Of a DNA stretch of 64,000 nt, positions 36,861-48,062 are shown piece after piece (the stretch's first letter is position 1; each line of letters begins with the position of its first letter). A program made the translations under genes and the position numbers. Origin of the DNA: Dimorphilus gyrociliatus (taxonomy: Eukaryota > Animalia > Annelida); NCBI GenBank assembly GCA_904063045.1, contig CAJFCJ010000009.1, positions 2,418,968-2,482,967 on the forward strand. The letters run 5' to 3'. The notes beneath the pieces are model-generated. The model made no database searches, was not told where the DNA came from, and saw only the letters and a list, made by a program, of their open reading frames with translations.

Positions 36861-39201
36861 TTACTTTCCTTTTTTTCTGGTCAAAACTTGAACGCCTGCA
36901 AAGGCATCATCTTCATCTGAACTGTCTCCAATGTCCACAATTTTCCTGTTAGTAAAACTAATTTTCAAAAATAATATTTTATATTAAAAGTTTATTAACC
37001 TTTTTGGGGGAGTAGCACTGGAAGTACTTGTACCCAGCATAGAATCAAGGCGTTGTTGTACACCTCCTCGCTTTCCTCGGCCTCTTGTTCCTCTTCCACC
37101 TCTTGAGCCTCTTCTACCTCGCTTTGGAGGCTCCACAACTTCGCTAAACAAATCATCATCAGGCGAACGCTGTGATTTACTCCGTCCTCTTCTAGCTGAC
37201 ACCCCTCTTTTACTGGTCATCTCCGGAGACACTTCAATGTCGCTGTCCTCCATTGCATATCCCTTCTGCGATTTTTCCTGTAATAACTTTTCTAAGTCAT
37301 TTTCATCATTGGCATCGCTTTCCTCGCTATCAGTTTCCTTTTTTTTCTTTTTCTTCTTGCTCATTCTAACCAATTCATTTCTTATGTTAGCAAGATTTGC
37401 ATCATCTGCTATGAGTTTCTTTTCAGTAGTTTCTAATACGTGATTTATTGTAACCATCAAAGCATCTTTTTCTTGTTTCACAACAAAAGCATTTAAAGCA
37501 ATATTCATCATCTTCTCGGTCAAGAGCAATAGATTTTTCTGTGTTGGGATTTTTTCAATAGATTTCTGTATTATAATTTCAATAATGAGGAACTTACTTC
37601 AGACTTTTGAAAGTGCTCTTTTATTACGCCTTCCACTGTAGCTGTTTCAAGTTTTTCTGGTTTATATTCCAAATCAATTTTAACTTCAGCTATTTAAGAA
37701 AAAGCAGGATAAACATAAAAATACATTATTACTGCTTTTGCAAAAAATGCTAACAGTTTTTTTCTCTTCTTTTTGCTTCTTTTGCCTTCTTAAAAGATTT
37801 TACAATATCCCTAGGATTTGCAACTTCATGAACGAATCTTTGACCAAATCTAGGAAAACTAAACGGATCATATCCTCCAGAAAAGTCCACACGCAATCGA
37901 ATGAGGGGTTTTTGAGGTTGCTTGCGATGTCCAGTTATTTTGTTTTCTATAATCATTATTTTATAACATTAATATTAGAAAATAGTTACACTTACTAGAC
38001 TCTTCAATCATTTCATTTACTACTTTTGTGCAGTACTTCTCAACTTTTTCATTGACTTTTGGATGGAAAGGTTCTATTCTTGTTTCAGATAGTACTAGAT
38101 CTCTCATTATGAAAGGTCTTGTTGATTTTAGGGGTATTGGTGTGATATTAAAGTTACGCCCAGGTTTCACCTGCATTAATGCTACGTGCTTATCAACAGT
38201 TTCTCCTTCAGCCAATTGCGTAACAACCGAGGATCCGGGTTGTATAACGTAAAAGTCCTGCTCACTGTTGAACATAGGACTTATTTGACATTCATGTTCA
38301 TGACCCCAAAACACTAGATCAAGAAAGTTGGGTAAAAACTTTTCAGGAATATAGTTGGTTGGGCCGTGTGAAACTCTGTTTTGATGTATCACGAAAACGT
38401 TCATCCATTCTTCCATATTCTCTTTTGGTCTCATAAAGTGCACTGTAGTATATTTTTGTATTATAAAAATTATATTATTCTGTCAAGCTACCTTTTTGCT
38501 GTGTAAATAAACGATGGAGACGCTCATCTCTCATTGCTCCAAGTCCATACAAGGCTAATAAGCAATTCTTTTTCTTAAGTAATACAGGTGACATGTTAAC
38601 TTCTTCTAAACTTGTCTGTTTACCAAATAAATTGATTAGTCCAGCCGTTGAGAGTTCGTCTAGAGCGCAGAGGTTATCAACACCAGTTGGATCATCATGA
38701 TTTCCATGAATGGAGAAAATCGGCAATGAAATGTTTAAGGATTCATCGTCAAAATTAGCGACTGGAAATTTTGATTGTGAAAAGTTTAAAGATGGATCAG
38801 AAACCATTTTGAAGTTAACTTCTTTATCTCCAATACAAAACCTTCTAAGTAGCTCCATTGTCTTAACAACACATCTTCGAGAAGGTTTGTTTTCATGAAA
38901 CAGGTCTCCCCCCAGTAAGACAAAATCTACCTAACAAACTTCTTATATTAAAACTTGCAAAAGTAAAATAAGGAATAGTAGCAAAAAGCGACATATTAAA
39001 GCATTTTTTTCAACAGAAAGCAAATAAAAAGTCTTTAAAAACCTCTTTTTCAACAGCTATGTGCAGAATTTCCTCAAACGTGTTTATGGCATCATCTGCA
39101 ATTTCAGCATCTTTTTCCCCTTGACCAATATGAATATCAGTAGCTAAAAGAATTTTAAACAGATTTCCATCTTCACTATCGCTCAGTTCGGAATCTGACA
39201 T
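36861..39201 (-). CDS. MRE11: MRE11 double-strand break repair nuclease, multi-exon
   Basis: Phosphoesterase motifs ATDIH, GGDLFH, GNHDD, HQNR and GHEH; QPGSSV; C-terminal GAR (RGG) motif. Confidence 0.96.
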
Positions 39202-39524
39202 TTTGTAAGCTTACAGCTGAGAAAATCAGTGTAATTTATTATTCAAAACATGAAAATTTATCTAAATAATGATATATACCAAAGATTTCAAGCTGTGAGA
39301 TCAATTTATCTTACTTTATCGGTTGTTTCCTCAAACTTACAAATAGTATACCAATATTGCGCTAATTCTGTATGTTTCGTAAGATGTATACCAGTTTTCT
39401 CAGGAGTGTATTACCAGTTTAATGAATAGTAATCATTGATACATTTAAAAGGATTATAAAGAATCTAGGATTCGTCATTTACAGTTAAACCTGGCAAAGG
39501 CTTGTATTAAATTTTTCCTTAGCA

Positions 39525-40076
39525 ATGCCGCTTACTAACCTACTGAGATCTTTCTCTACCGAGAAGTCCATCGGTCTTGAAAAACCTCAATCGACTATCA
39601 TTATGGAATCGTTATTTATGGAACTCGAATTTCACATCAGAGAACTAGAGGAGCAAGAAAGAGAACAAGAAAAGCAGGAAAGACGTAAGAAAACAGGTGT
39701 CGATTATAGTTGGTTGGTTACGTCTACTCCTAAACGTTACGAAATATCACACATAGATAGAATGGAATTAGAGGAATTTGGGCGACAGGTTCAACCTGTT
39801 GAGTGTTCAAAAGTAATAGCCCTTTTTAGGGATGCTATAGCAGCGGAGAGAGATTATACGAAATTGGCGGGTCTATTAAAAACTTGCATTAAGCAGGTCT
39901 TAGAAGGACGACCGAAGGAAGAAACTATGAGTGAGTGGATGCATAAAAGCTTAGTTAATTTAAAAAAGATAGCTCCATCTGCTAAAGTCACACCTATTTC
40001 CTACGAAAGTGAATTAAAACCATCCAGTTCTTCATCAAATTTTACTGCAGATGGTGTGGAGAGTTTACCAGTTTAA
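39525..40076 (+). CDS. RD3: RD3 / RD3-like protein (intronless CDS)
   Basis: LFMELEFHIRELE...KKTGVDYSWL...LEEFGRQVQP.EC..VI..FRDA matches the RD3 family pattern. Confidence 0.85.
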   Translation: MPLTNLLRSFSTEKSIGLEKPQSTIIMESLFMELEFHIRELEEQEREQEKQERRKKTGVDYSWLVTSTPKRYEISHIDRMELEEFGRQVQPVECSKVIALFRDAIAAERDYTKLAGLLKTCIKQVLEGRPKEETMSEWMHKSLVNLKKIAPSAKVTPISYESELKPSSSSSNFTADGVESLPV

Positions 40077-40863
40077 AAAAGAAATATTTGTATTATACCT
40101 ATAACAGACTTCTCTTACTCGACTTACAGCTGGAGGGTGTTTTATTAGATAAACTTTAATGAAACGCGCCCTATTTAATGACTTAATAATAAAAAAACAA
40201 GAAAATGAGTTAAATTCAAGAAAGGTTACTTCATCCCCAGCTATAGCGTTTCTTGCCGAAGTTGATGTTACTTTTTGTATCTCATAGCACTTTGTGTTGC
40301 AAAGTCATTCCCTTTAAAATTTATTCATATTTCTTTTTATTGTTCTGGACTGATTGTCTCTTATTTATTTGATTAGATTTTTTTTTTCCATATACGAATG
40401 TTTAAATGTGCCTCTGTAGCTCATTGAAGCACTTACAAAAACAACAAATTGTAAATATATCTTTATTGATAAAGTAGATAATAAATAAAAAATATCTCTC
40501 TTTGTTCTATAAATCAAATAATGCAGTATGGATTAATATTTATATAATTTTACTCTACTCGATAAATTATTTGTTAATATAAAAAGGATTGCATTTGCAC
40601 TTCCGTTCCAGTATTTAGTAATACTCAGCTACAAAAGATAGTAGTTTTCTTGTATATAATATTAGAATTAACAAAAACTTATTATTTCCTTCATATTAAA
40701 TTACTTCTGAGTTGGTTATAATTGTGTCTTAATTGTTGGTAGATGAAGATACTTATCCTATTTGAATTGTTCTATTCATAGACATTCGACTATTCTCTTT
40801 CTCTTACAAATTCGATACCTTACATAAAAAAAACAATAATCACGAGATTGTACCTCAAAAAGT

Positions 40864-41618
40864 ATGGACGATAGAGATGAGAAAGAACACAAGGACCAAT
40901 TTCTATCTGAAGAATCAATTGAGAACTTGAAGAATTCGACTCATAATGAAATGATGAATGTCTTCCAAACGAAAATTGGAGAATTAATTCAAGTGGGTAT
41001 AACAGTCTATTTCCTATCTAAAAATAGTGTAATATATGTATTACCAAATACAGAAGGAGCCTCTGCTTCAAGATATACCAGTATCAATAACTGCTGATGA
41101 GGTACAGTCATTAATAGACTTAGAGCATGGTGAGGCTATAAACATTTTCGTAAAAAAACTGGATGGAAAGCGGAAAAGTAAGCTTTTAGATGGTGAAAGA
41201 CTGTTTGACTTTAATATTAATCAATAAGTTTGTGTTTTAGTTATCGTCGTCCCACTGAATGGTAAAGTTAAAGATATAAAAACAGGTATTAAAAAGCAAA
41301 CACTATTGGAATTACAGAAAGCCGGTTCAGTACATATAAGTTGGTAAGACAACACTTTGAATAATAACAAAAACATGATTAGTATGTAATAATTCTTCGG
41401 GAAATATTGTAGGAAATACGTATGGAAAAGGTATTGGCTAATTCATGAAGGACAAAAGCTAATTGACGATAATCATCCAATTTCTCAGTAAGTTACAGTA
41501 GTATGTTTATGTATAATTTATATCCTTTATCTTTTATTAATGTCTACAATTTCCCTATAGATATGGCATAACAGACGGTAGCGAAATTACTTTTATTCGA
41601 CGACTACGAAGAAAATAA
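40864..41618 (+). CDS. SNRNP25: U11/U12 snRNP 25-kDa ubiquitin-like protein, 5 exons
   Basis: EPLLQDIPVSITADEVQSLIDLEHGEAINIFVKKLDG...HISW|KYVWKRYWLIHEGQKL...YGITDGSEITFIRRLRRK*. Confidence 0.9.
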
Positions 41619-41849
41619 GACAATATTAAGAATCTGGTCAAATTAATAATTAATGTCTCCTATTCGTTTTATTTTAATAAACTTGAATTTTTGTTTTTTT
41701 TATACTTGTTTTTTTTATGAATAAACTTTATGATAATAATCCTCAAAGTTAATAATAAAGCTGATAGATGTGAGAAACAATTGAGAATTCATTCTAAAAT
41801 TAAAAAGCGGGTAAAAGTTATTTTAAACTGGTATAGCAGACGACACAAA

Positions 41850-44208
41850 ATGTCAGCCTCCATACGAGATAAACAAATTGGTTAATTTATATTTTATTTT
41901 TCCTTCATGTTAATTAAATTCTTTATTAAATCATTTTATAAAGAAATTAAAATATATTTCTAGTATTTAATGTACATTTTATTTGCATTTAATATTTCAT
42001 CAGTAATAGGTATAATTTTGTTTGACAACAGATTCATTGAAAAGGATTCTTAACTTTAATACTGTTGCTGGCAAAACCTCTGCCTCAGAACCCCAATGGA
42101 AGGTAGTAACAACTGATTTTGCAACTTGTAACTAATGTTTTGTTCAACTTAGGTACTCATTTACGACGACTGGGGTCAAGATATAATATCTCCGTTATTT
42201 AGTGTAAAAGAGTTAAGAGACTTAGGTGTAACGTTACATTTGTAAGTTAAGATCAGTGAAAGCAGTCTATCTCTCTCTTCCATTAAATATATGTACTATT
42301 TCAGAAATATTAATAGTGAAAGAGAATCTATAAACGATGTTCCAGCTATATATATTCTATCCCCTACGGAGGAAAATATTGAAAAACTGTGCAGTGACAT
42401 TTCGAACAAGATGTATGAAAGTTTTTATTTAAATTTTACTAGCCCTATATCGAGAGCGAAATTGGAAACGATAGCCTCCAGGTCTTTTACTGCTGATAAT
42501 GCACAAGCCATTACCTCCGTAATGGATCAATATATTCAATTTATCTGTATAGAAGATGAAATGTTTATTGCAAAGCATAGAGAAAGTCATAATTTGTCCT
42601 ATTATGGTCTTCATAAGTCAAATATGACAGACAGTCAGATGAAGCAAATTCTCGAAACCTTAGCGGATACCCTATTCTCTGTTCTCGTTTCTAAAGGCCA
42701 GGTACCAATAATACAATGTTCAACAGGAAATGCCGCTGAACAATTGGCCGAATTATTGGATAGAAAACTCAGGGATCAAATGAAAGACGCAAGGGCTCAT
42801 ATGTTCGCAGGAGGTGGATTAGATGTTTCCCTTTTATATCGACCACTTCTTGTAATATTAGATAGGGATGTTGACTTAGCAACACCACTCCATCATACAT
42901 GGACCTATCAAGCGCTTGTTCACGATGTTTTAAATCTTTCTTTAAATAGTGTTAAAATAAAAGAAAAAAACTTCAATCTTGATAGCAAAAATGATAGTTT
43001 ATGGAAAAAGCAGAGAGGTTCACCTTTTCCCGAAGTAGCACAAGTTGTGCAAGAAGAATTAGAAAGATGCAAATCAAGTGAAGAAGAAATTAAGAGGTTG
43101 AAATCTGCTATGGGACTTGAAGGTGAAGACGTTGATGGTACAACAGCTAGGCTTTCAATGGCTGTTACGTCACTCCCGGAAATTCTTGCTAGAAAAAGAA
43201 CGGTTGATATGCACATAGATATTGCCGCTTCCTTATTAGAACAAATCAAAGAGCGTAAACTAGACACGTTCTTTGAGATGGAGGAAAAATTATTGAGTAA
43301 ATCATCTTCATTAGGAGATAAAAGTCTGCTGGATATTTTAAAAGACCCGAACGGTAAAGATAACTTATTATATATGTTTTATTATATATTGAAAGTTTAA
43401 TGCTTTCAGCTGGTACTCCTGAAGATAAAGTACGACTATTCATTATAAGCTTACTTTGCACAAAAGAGAATATATCAGAAAGTGATATGAACAATTACTA
43501 TGAAATTTTACAGGCAGCTAATTGTGATTTAGCACCTGTAAAATATATAAGACGCTGGAAGTGAGTTGTGTCTAAATATAATTAAATCGTAAATCTCTAC
43601 CTCTTTTCCTTTACGCAGGGCCTACACAAATATAACTATGGCTGCCGCTGCTTACGGTGGTTCCGATCATTTTGGGACTCGTACCGATTCTATGTTTTCT
43701 AAATTGTTAGGAAAGGCATCGAAATTTGCGATGGAAGGGGTTAAAAATTTGGTTGTTGACAAACATAATTTATTAGTAACGAAGATAGTAGACGCCTTAA
43801 TGGACTTGAAGTCAACACCTGAAACTGATAATTTCAGATATTTCGATCCTAAAATACTCCGTGTAACCGATCCGTTCGTATAACCGTTTATAAAATTTAA
43901 AAATAAGTTAATCAATACCCTATCAATACAGGACAAGTATTCAAAGAACCAGAACTCCTTTTCAAGAAGCAGTTGTTTTTATCGTAGGTGGTGGAAATTA
44001 CATCGAATATCAGAATTTAATAGACTATTGCAAGTCTAAAAAAGCAAATAGTGGAATTAAGAAATCAATAATCTACGGATGCTCAGATTTAGTGGATGCC
44101 ACTCAATTTGTTTCACAGGTACATTCTTTATAAATTTTATTACAAGAAAAAGTAATTAACTCATCAATTTCTCTATTTTAGTTAGCATTTTTAGGAAAGG
44201 AGCAATAA
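41850..44208 (+). CDS. SCFD1: Sec1-family protein SCFD1 / Sly1, multi-exon
   Basis: MSASIRDKQI start; WKVLIYDD.GQDIISP; RPLLVILDRDVDLATPLHHTWTYQALVHD; VGGGNYIEYQNL. Confidence 0.95.
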
Positions 44209-44612
44209 TCAAAATTTTCCGACTAAGAATATTCTACGTCAGACTTGTAAGCGTTTTTATTGCCAAAATTAAAAAGTATAAATCAAAAAGACCAGAAAGG
44301 CTTTATTATTGTTTTCTTTCTTTTTTAAAGCTTAAAAGAGTTTGCAATTTATATTTTAAATTAGAGATTTAATGGTTTTTTCATTTTTTTATTCTGCTAT
44401 ATTTTATAATGTTTAAAGTTGTTGCTTATAAATATATGTAAGTAATGTAAGTATTATATATGTAAATGTATAATGTTAAGAAGTCAGTGTAAAAATACAT
44501 TTATTGGTATTTTTACGAAGGCGAATATGGGGATAAAAAATATTATAACATTTCATTACGAGAGAGTAAAGGGAATATGTCTTTTGCCATATTTTCTTGG
44601 TATAGAAATTAA

Positions 44613-46289
44613 TTATCTTTGAAGTTTTATGAATCTTTCAACGACCTTCCTATCAAACTCATTATCATTTGAAAACTCATCGGTTATTTGTTTTATATCT
44701 AAAAATAGTAAAAATAACGTTAATTACTTTAATTAAGATGTAAGATAAAGATTTTCTTACAATCTCTATAGGGTTTTTCAAGGAATGAATAGGCCGTTGA
44801 AAAGCGCTTGATTAGACTTATGTCTAATAATGTAGAGAAGGCTTCTTTATTCCTAGAAGTTATTAATTTTTTATCTATAATAATTACATTATTAATTAAT
44901 TCTTACTTGTAAAATTTCTTTAATATTTCTAAAATATCTTCCAAAATACAAGTTTCAAACCAGAATCCAAATAATTTAGTATAAGACTTTTTATCGATTT
45001 TCTAAAAACAGGCAAAATTAGAATTCAATTAAAAAAGTTATTTAAGACTAATCAAAAAAAGCACCTCAAAATAGCTGTGTAAATTTTTTTTATCGTCTCT
45101 AATTGCTTTCCAAGTCTTTTCTAATTGCAATGATGAAGTTGGAGCTTCTAATACCATATTCTCTTTTTCAGTTGATTTGGTTGTCAATATTTGTGTAACT
45201 TTAGGTTGCTCTTTAACAATTTGTGGAGATTTTGATTGTATTGGACTAATTTCTTGAATTTTTTTAGCAGGCTTATCTTGTTTTGATTTGCCAATTTCTT
45301 CAATTTTTATCTTTCTTAAAGGTTTCTATAAACAATAACAAATAAATTAATAATTTTTATAGTTAAAAGAGACTAACAAACTTTAGATCTTTTATGTGGA
45401 GGTTTTGTAATAGGTTTAACTATTCCAACGTCATTAAAATCTTCTGGATTTAATTGTTTGTCAATTTTTTCTAATTCTTTTTTTACTAACTTATTGTTTG
45501 GCTCTAGTTTTAACAATTTTTCCAAATCCGCTTTGGCGGCTTCTAGTTTATTTAGGCCTATACGGGCCATCGCACGTCTAAAGGAAAATTCAAAATTAGT
45601 TTAAAAGTAAAAATAATTTAATTAAGTTAGAGCTCTACCTATAATAGGCCTTTCCAAATGTATTGTCTATAGCTATGGCAACGGATGTATCTTCCTCAGC
45701 CGCTCCAAATTTATTTTGCTTTAACAAAGCCATTGAGCGATTTGAGAGAAGGACTACATTTTGAGGATCCAGCCTTATTGCATTTGTATAGCATTCAATT
45801 GCTTCGACATATTTTTCTTCTTTAAATCGTTGATTTCCTTGCTCTTTTAATAAATTTGCTTGTTCCTTTGTTCTTTTTTCTTCCCATTCTTCATCTGTTT
45901 CATATTCTTCTTCGTCCTCTTCATGGTCAACTTCTTCCAAGGCTTTGTCCTTCAAATACAAATTCCAATTTATAAATGAAAAAATATATTAAAGTAGAAT
46001 ATAATACTTCAGAACTTACCACATCGTACTTATCCCAGCTTTTAAAATCAAAGCCGCTTATTCTATTAGTGTTCTTTGGTTCCCTTGACTTTTTCTTTGT
46101 TTTCTTCTTACTCAAACTATTTCTAATCGGTGGTAGTTGCGATTTTTCTTCAATATTAACAGTTTTTAACTTTTCATCCTTCTTTTTAATATCGTCAGTC
46201 CATCCATCTAAATCTTTAAGAAAATCTTGATATTCAGTAGAGTTTTCTCGCATTTGTTGCTGGAACTGAACAAATTTTTCTGGATCCAT
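44613..46289 (-). CDS. RPAP3: RPAP3 / Spaghetti (R2TP co-chaperone; one TPR module plus RPAP3_C)
   Basis: MDPEKFVQFQQQMRENSTEYQDFLKDL, RISGFDFKSWDKYDV, TPR KEQGNQRFK...SNRSMALLK...KAYYRRA, and a C-terminal domain ending KLQR*. Confidence 0.92.
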
Positions 46290-48062
46290 GTCGATATGAG
46301 CGATAATGCAGGAATTGTTGATACGATATTAGCGCCCCTACTGGATTTTTGTGTGTTTTGAATCTAATACACATTCCTTCTCTTTTGTAATAGATAGTAT
46401 CTTAATAATAGAATTTATAATATGCAAATACAACGATAAGATAAAGCAAAACGCGGTTGAAACAATCAAATTATGACTGATTTATTTTGAAATCTATTAT
46501 AAAAAAATCAATAAAAAAAGTTATAGGAAGGAAAGATAAAAAGAAAATAACTGACTAATAAATATAAAAAAAGTCAACCTCTTTATTTATTCAGCCACAA
46601 GTATTTACTTAAAAGCTTGTTTAATCATTAAGCAAATAAGTCTGACATAGGTTTAGATAAATAAGAAGGTTAAGATGATGAAAAATTGTACCAAGTACCA
46701 AACATTTTGATTGTCAATATTGAGTGCGAAATAAACATTAAGTAATAAACAGTATCTATGAAAGATAATACATTTTTGTTGTTTGTCTCTTTATAGAGCA
46801 AAGTTCTCTACTATTTATAAAAGTCCATTCCAGACTTGGAGCACGTGGAGAAGCTAAATATCTAACTGTGAAGCAAAGTGATAAAAATATTACGATTAGC
46901 TCGAATTCTTTCCTTATTTAAACTTAAAATTGAAAATAGTATAATAAAAAAAGTGTTTATTTCATTGAACTTTGTCGTCTGTCAATAAACAAAAACTTTA
47001 GACTAGTCTAGATTACATAGGACAAACGAGTAAAAACGAAATTATTACACAATTGATGATAATATTAGCATGGTTACTCGTCCTATTTCCCGACATGTGG
47101 AATACATAACCAGCTTTTCCAGTCTAAGCCTTCAGCTCACCAACTTCTCGACGAGCAGCCGGTTAGAAATTTCTACATTGTATTACTGAAAATAAATTTG
47201 GAACTATCATTTGAATAACTTAACAAGTAAATTATTTTAACAATATCTATTTTATTATAATATTTTCTTAGATATAATTAATATTTTATTTAGAGTACAT
47301 CCGTTTTTAGGTCACATTCGAAGAGAGGATATATAGAATTAGCTTTTTTTTTCCTCGTCTCTCCTTGTCTTTCTATAAGTGTATATTCTTTCAAAATATA
47401 TAAATAGGTTCGTTTCTCTCGTAAAATAATTCTTTCTATTTGTTTTAAGTTTACGTTTTACAAATTGTATTAATTCGAAATTGTATGCTTTATTTAGTAA
47501 GAATAATATATTTAGATTGAGTAGCGCTAGGCGTATATTAGTGGTTATGGCAGTCTTTTTGAATTTTTTATTAATTTAACTGAATAAATAGTCATTTTAA
47601 ATTTCTAGGACGAAATGTCTAGACAAAAGTAAAATTCTTTGAATATTGCCAAGACATAGTCTTATTTATTAATACTTAGGGAATTACACAAGAATCAACG
47701 AAAAATAAGTATATTCCTTACGCTGAAATTTACCTTCGATTTTTTTTCTCTAAAGAAAATATTATAGGTCTAATGTTTGAACAATGCTCTTCCTGAGAAA
47801 TGGTGTGCATGCTTAAATATATATTTCCTATATAGGCCATTATATTTAGCCTAGTAATTGTCGAGCGATTTTCATGATAAGCAAATATTAAATGAGCAAT
47901 TGATGCGGTGAAAACGTATCTAAAATCTAATTTATTCCAGTTATTAGCTTTATACATACTTTAGGATATAGATCCGAATAATTTTCCTATTTAACTATGC
48001 ATCTAGTCTATTTATGATGAAATTGTGTAATAATAGTGCATAATTTTGAAACCCTAGACAGT

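Noticed and set aside
41520-41528. ATATCCTTT, a U12 AT-AC donor consensus, inside SNRNP25
   Set aside because: It lies in the middle of a normal GTAAGT...ATAG intron and not at a boundary the reading frame requires.
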